Assembly (NCBI GenBank): GCA_964625325.1
Contig: CAZVBA010000001.1
Span: forward strand, 1 to 41,481
Direction: 5' to 3'
Length of the DNA stretch: 41,481 bases
Source of the DNA: an uncultured Candidatus Saccharibacteria bacterium
Lineage (GTDB): Bacteria > Patescibacteriota > Saccharimonadia > Saccharimonadales > CAYVSP01
Shown here: positions 39,606 through 41,481 of the stretch, piece after piece
How the letters are laid out: every line of letters begins with the position of its first letter
Position numbering within the stretch: position 1 is the first letter of the stretch
The notes under the pieces: model-generated
Database searches by the model: none
What the model saw: the letters and a program-made list of their open reading frames with translations, nothing else
Told to the model about the DNA's origin: nothing
Position numbers and translations under genes: made by a program

Positions 39606-40697
39606 ATGAAATTGCAGGTAACCCAGGAAAATCTTAATAAGGCCCTTTCCAGCGTCAGTCGGATTGCCAACAGCCGTAATACCTTGCCGATTCTAGCTAA
39701 TGTCCTTCTCAAAACCGTCAAAAACCGCCTGAGCGTGGCCGCCACCAATCTGGATATTGCCATCACCCACCAAATCGGCTCCAAGATCAGCGAAGAAGGC
39801 GCCATCACCGTACCGGCCCGGTTAATGCAGGAGTTTGTTAGTAGTCTGCCGGCCGGCGTGATTGAGTTGAGTATGGAAGACAACAAACTACACATCAGCG
39901 CCGACAAATACCAATCAACCATCAACGGCGTGGCCGCCGAGGAGTTCCCGGTGATGCCGGCTATTAGCGAAGGCGAGAACTGGTCAATGGCCGCCAACAC
40001 CCTTAAAAAAGCCCTGCAACAAGTCATTTTTGCGGCCAGTGGCGACGAAGCCCGCCCGGTCTTAACTGGAGTTTTTATCCACAACACCGCCGGCAAACGC
40101 TACATGGTGGCGACTGACAGTTATCGTTTGGCCGAAAAAAGCCTGGGCAAAAACGCTGGCGATACTTCCCTGTTACTGCCCGCCACCGCCCTGCAAGATT
40201 TACTGCGCATTATTAGCGAATCGGACGACCAAATTGAAGTCCTTTACGACGAGCAACAGGTGCGCTTCCAGGTCGGCGACGTCGAGCTGGTTACCCGCCT
40301 AATCGAGGGCAACTACCCGGACTACAAAAAGCTTATCCCGGCCTCTTTCGCCACCACTGCCACATTGAAACGCGCCGAACTTATGAATATCACCAAAGTT
40401 TCCAGCCTGTTTGCCCGCGAGAGCGCCGGTAGCGTAACTATTCATGTCAACGAAGCCGACGCCAATGTCAGTATTCGGGCGATTGCTTCGCAACTGGGAG
40501 AAAACACTGCCTCGGCCGACGCTGCAGTTAAGGGCGGTGGCGATATTACTCTCAACTCGCGCTACCTGCTCGAGGCCCTGCATGCCATCACCGGCGAAGA
40601 GGTCAGCCTATCGTTTAATGGCAAACTCGAGCCCTGCGTTCTCAAGTCCAGCGACGACCCCGACTACCTACACTTGATTATGCCCCTGAAGAGTTAA
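39606..40697 (+). CDS. dnaN: DNA polymerase III beta sliding clamp
   Basis: 363 aa with a typical N-terminus MKLQVTQENLNKALSSVSRIANSRNTLPILANVLL and a three-domain length. It sits in the conserved position after dnaA. AGGAG lies 6 nt upstream. Confidence 0.95.
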   Translation: MKLQVTQENLNKALSSVSRIANSRNTLPILANVLLKTVKNRLSVAATNLDIAITHQIGSKISEEGAITVPARLMQEFVSSLPAGVIELSMEDNKLHISADKYQSTINGVAAEEFPVMPAISEGENWSMAANTLKKALQQVIFAASGDEARPVLTGVFIHNTAGKRYMVATDSYRLAEKSLGKNAGDTSLLLPATALQDLLRIISESDDQIEVLYDEQQVRFQVGDVELVTRLIEGNYPDYKKLIPASFATTATLKRAELMNITKVSSLFARESAGSVTIHVNEADANVSIRAIASQLGENTASADAAVKGGGDITLNSRYLLEALHAITGEEVSLSFNGKLEPCVLKSSDDPDYLHLIMPLKS

Positions 40698-40712
40698 CGT
40701 ACAATTAGATAT

Positions 40713-41481
40713 ATGGTTACTGATTTGCGGTTGCAACACTTCCGCTCCTATAAAGACGATAGCTTCGAATTTGATGACGGCGTCAACATTATCGTCGGAC
40801 CGAACGCTAGTGGCAAAACCAACTTACTGGAGGCTATTTTAGTCAGCTGTATTGGCAGTTCCTACCGTGGGCCGGATAGCGACCTAATTGCCTTCCGAGC
40901 CGCCTGGGCGCGGCTGGACGCCCATACTGCCAAGCAAACTCGGGTGGTTAAACTCACGGTTGGCGCGGATGAAAAAACGGCCAAACAATTTGAAATTGAC
41001 GGCCACAAATTGTCACGCCTGACACTTGTCCGTAGTTTGCCGGTGGTTCTGTTTGATCCCAACCACCTACAGCTTCTGCAGGGCTCGCCGGAATTGCGTC
41101 GTAATTTTCTAGACGACCTCCTCGAACAAACCATTGAAGGTTATGGCGCCCTGCGGCGCCACTATCGCCGCGTTCTGGCTCAGCGCAACCGTTTACTCAA
41201 GAACATGCATTTTCAGAAAGGCCGACCCTCGCACTTGGATGCAATGCAAGGAAGCAACGAGAACCGAGCGAGTCGTACAAACGGGTACGGTGAGCGAGGC
41301 TCGCAGGAAGCTGACACAGCAATGCGCCAAGAGCCTGCCAGTATGACCGGCTCTGCTGGTCAACAGGGCAAGGCGCTGCGTGGGTCGGACCAATTGTTTG
41401 CCTGGAATATACGTCTCAGTGAGCTAGGCGGGCGATTGGCGAGCGAGCGCGTGCAACTGATTGACCGTTTCAACAAAGACC
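40713..41481 (+). CDS. recF: DNA replication/repair protein RecF, 3'-truncated by window edge
   Basis: Not in the ORF track because it runs off the window without a stop. I translated it by hand: MVTDLRLQHFRSYKDDSFEFDDGVNIIVGPNASGKTNLLEAIL... with Walker A GPNASGKT, then LFDPNHLQLLQGSPELRRNFLD and RVLAQRNRLLK. The frame is open through base 41481. Confidence 0.9.
   Translation, partial: MVTDLRLQHFRSYKDDSFEFDDGVNIIVGPNASGKTNLLEAILVSCIGSSYRGPDSDLIAFRAAWARLDAHTAKQTRVVKLTVGADEKTAKQFEIDGHKLSRLTLVRSLPVVLFDPNHLQLLQGSPELRRNFLDDLLEQTIEGYGALRRHYRRVLAQRNRLLKNMHFQKGRPSHLDAMQGSNENRASRTNGYGERGSQEADTAMRQEPASMTGSAGQQGKALRGSDQLFAWNIRLSELGGRLASERVQLIDRFNKD

Noticed and set aside
38696-40096. Long minus-strand ORFs (38696-39262, 39024-39557, 39593-40096) and the plus-strand ORF 39277-39606 around dnaA/dnaN
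   Set aside because: They are antisense or out of frame to unmistakable dnaA and dnaN, or run through the non-coding spacer. Their translations are R/S/L-rich with no family resemblance.
41134-41393. Track ORFs 41134-41346 (+) and 41193-41393 (-) as independent genes inside the recF region
   Set aside because: Both overlap the hand-translated recF frame, which has clear RecF motifs on either side. They are probably open only because of the unusual composition of the insertion segment.
1-41481. Alternative genetic code (UGA as a sense codon, as in some candidate-phyla lineages)
   Set aside because: TGA terminates well-supported genes exactly where homologues end (for example 486-488 and the 27596-27598 GT4 stop). 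No conserved protein requires read-through of TGA.
1-41481. Search for CRISPR arrays, tRNA/rRNA genes, IS elements, integrases and toxin-antitoxin or known defence genes
   Set aside because: I found no spaced direct repeats, no T-loop-like GGTTCGAATCC-type motifs in the four spacers longer than 150 nt, and no transposase, recombinase or nuclease-like ORFs. This was an eye scan only, so a covariance-model scan would be more reliable.

Overview
This is 41.5 kb from a compact bacterial chromosome. It uses the standard genetic code (TGA, TAA and TAG all end good ORFs), has many GTG/TTG starts, frequent 1-4 nt start/stop overlaps, and very little non-coding DNA. The right end (35.7-41.5 kb) is the replication-origin neighbourhood. 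It holds khpB/jag, yidC and rnpA on the minus strand, then rpmH, dnaA, dnaN and recF on the plus strand. rpmH (45 aa) and the 3'-truncated recF are both absent from the ORF track. DnaA-box-like 9-mers lie on both sides of dnaA. The other ~35 kb is one large cell-envelope glycan locus. It encodes a phosphoglycosyl transferase, six GT4 and three GT2 glycosyltransferases, and sugar-nucleotide genes (galE, a phosphohexomutase, manC, ugd, a UXS-like SDR). It also encodes a Wzm/Wzt ABC exporter whose ATPase carries an extra C-terminal domain, two GtrA-type and one LPG-synthase-TM-type putative flippases, a DUF2304-like small membrane protein, a SAM methyltransferase and four 516-696-aa polytopic GT-C-like membrane proteins. 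Interspersed are membrane-anchored or secreted proteins of unknown function, notably a 668-aa beta-helix/tail-fibre-like repeat protein and a 622-aa protein ending in seven ~47-aa Trp repeats (lectin-like propeller). I saw no rRNA, tRNA, CRISPR, transposase or integrase. The most interesting points are: (i) three GT2 + flippase + GT-C modules for lipid-linked extracytoplasmic glycosylation next to an ABC-exported polymer pathway, including an Arn-like Ugd/SDR/GT2/GtrA/GT-C divergon and a GacI/GacJ-like pair; (ii) the two large secreted repeat proteins as candidate adhesin and lectin; (iii) a recurrent TGnTAnnAT extended -10 motif 6-11 nt from operon-head start codons, implying leaderless mRNAs; (iv) rpmH inverted relative to rnpA. 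A short YidC with a Lys-rich tail and the gene content suggest a monoderm, possibly Patescibacteria/Saccharibacteria-like organism, but that is a guess that needs a database search.
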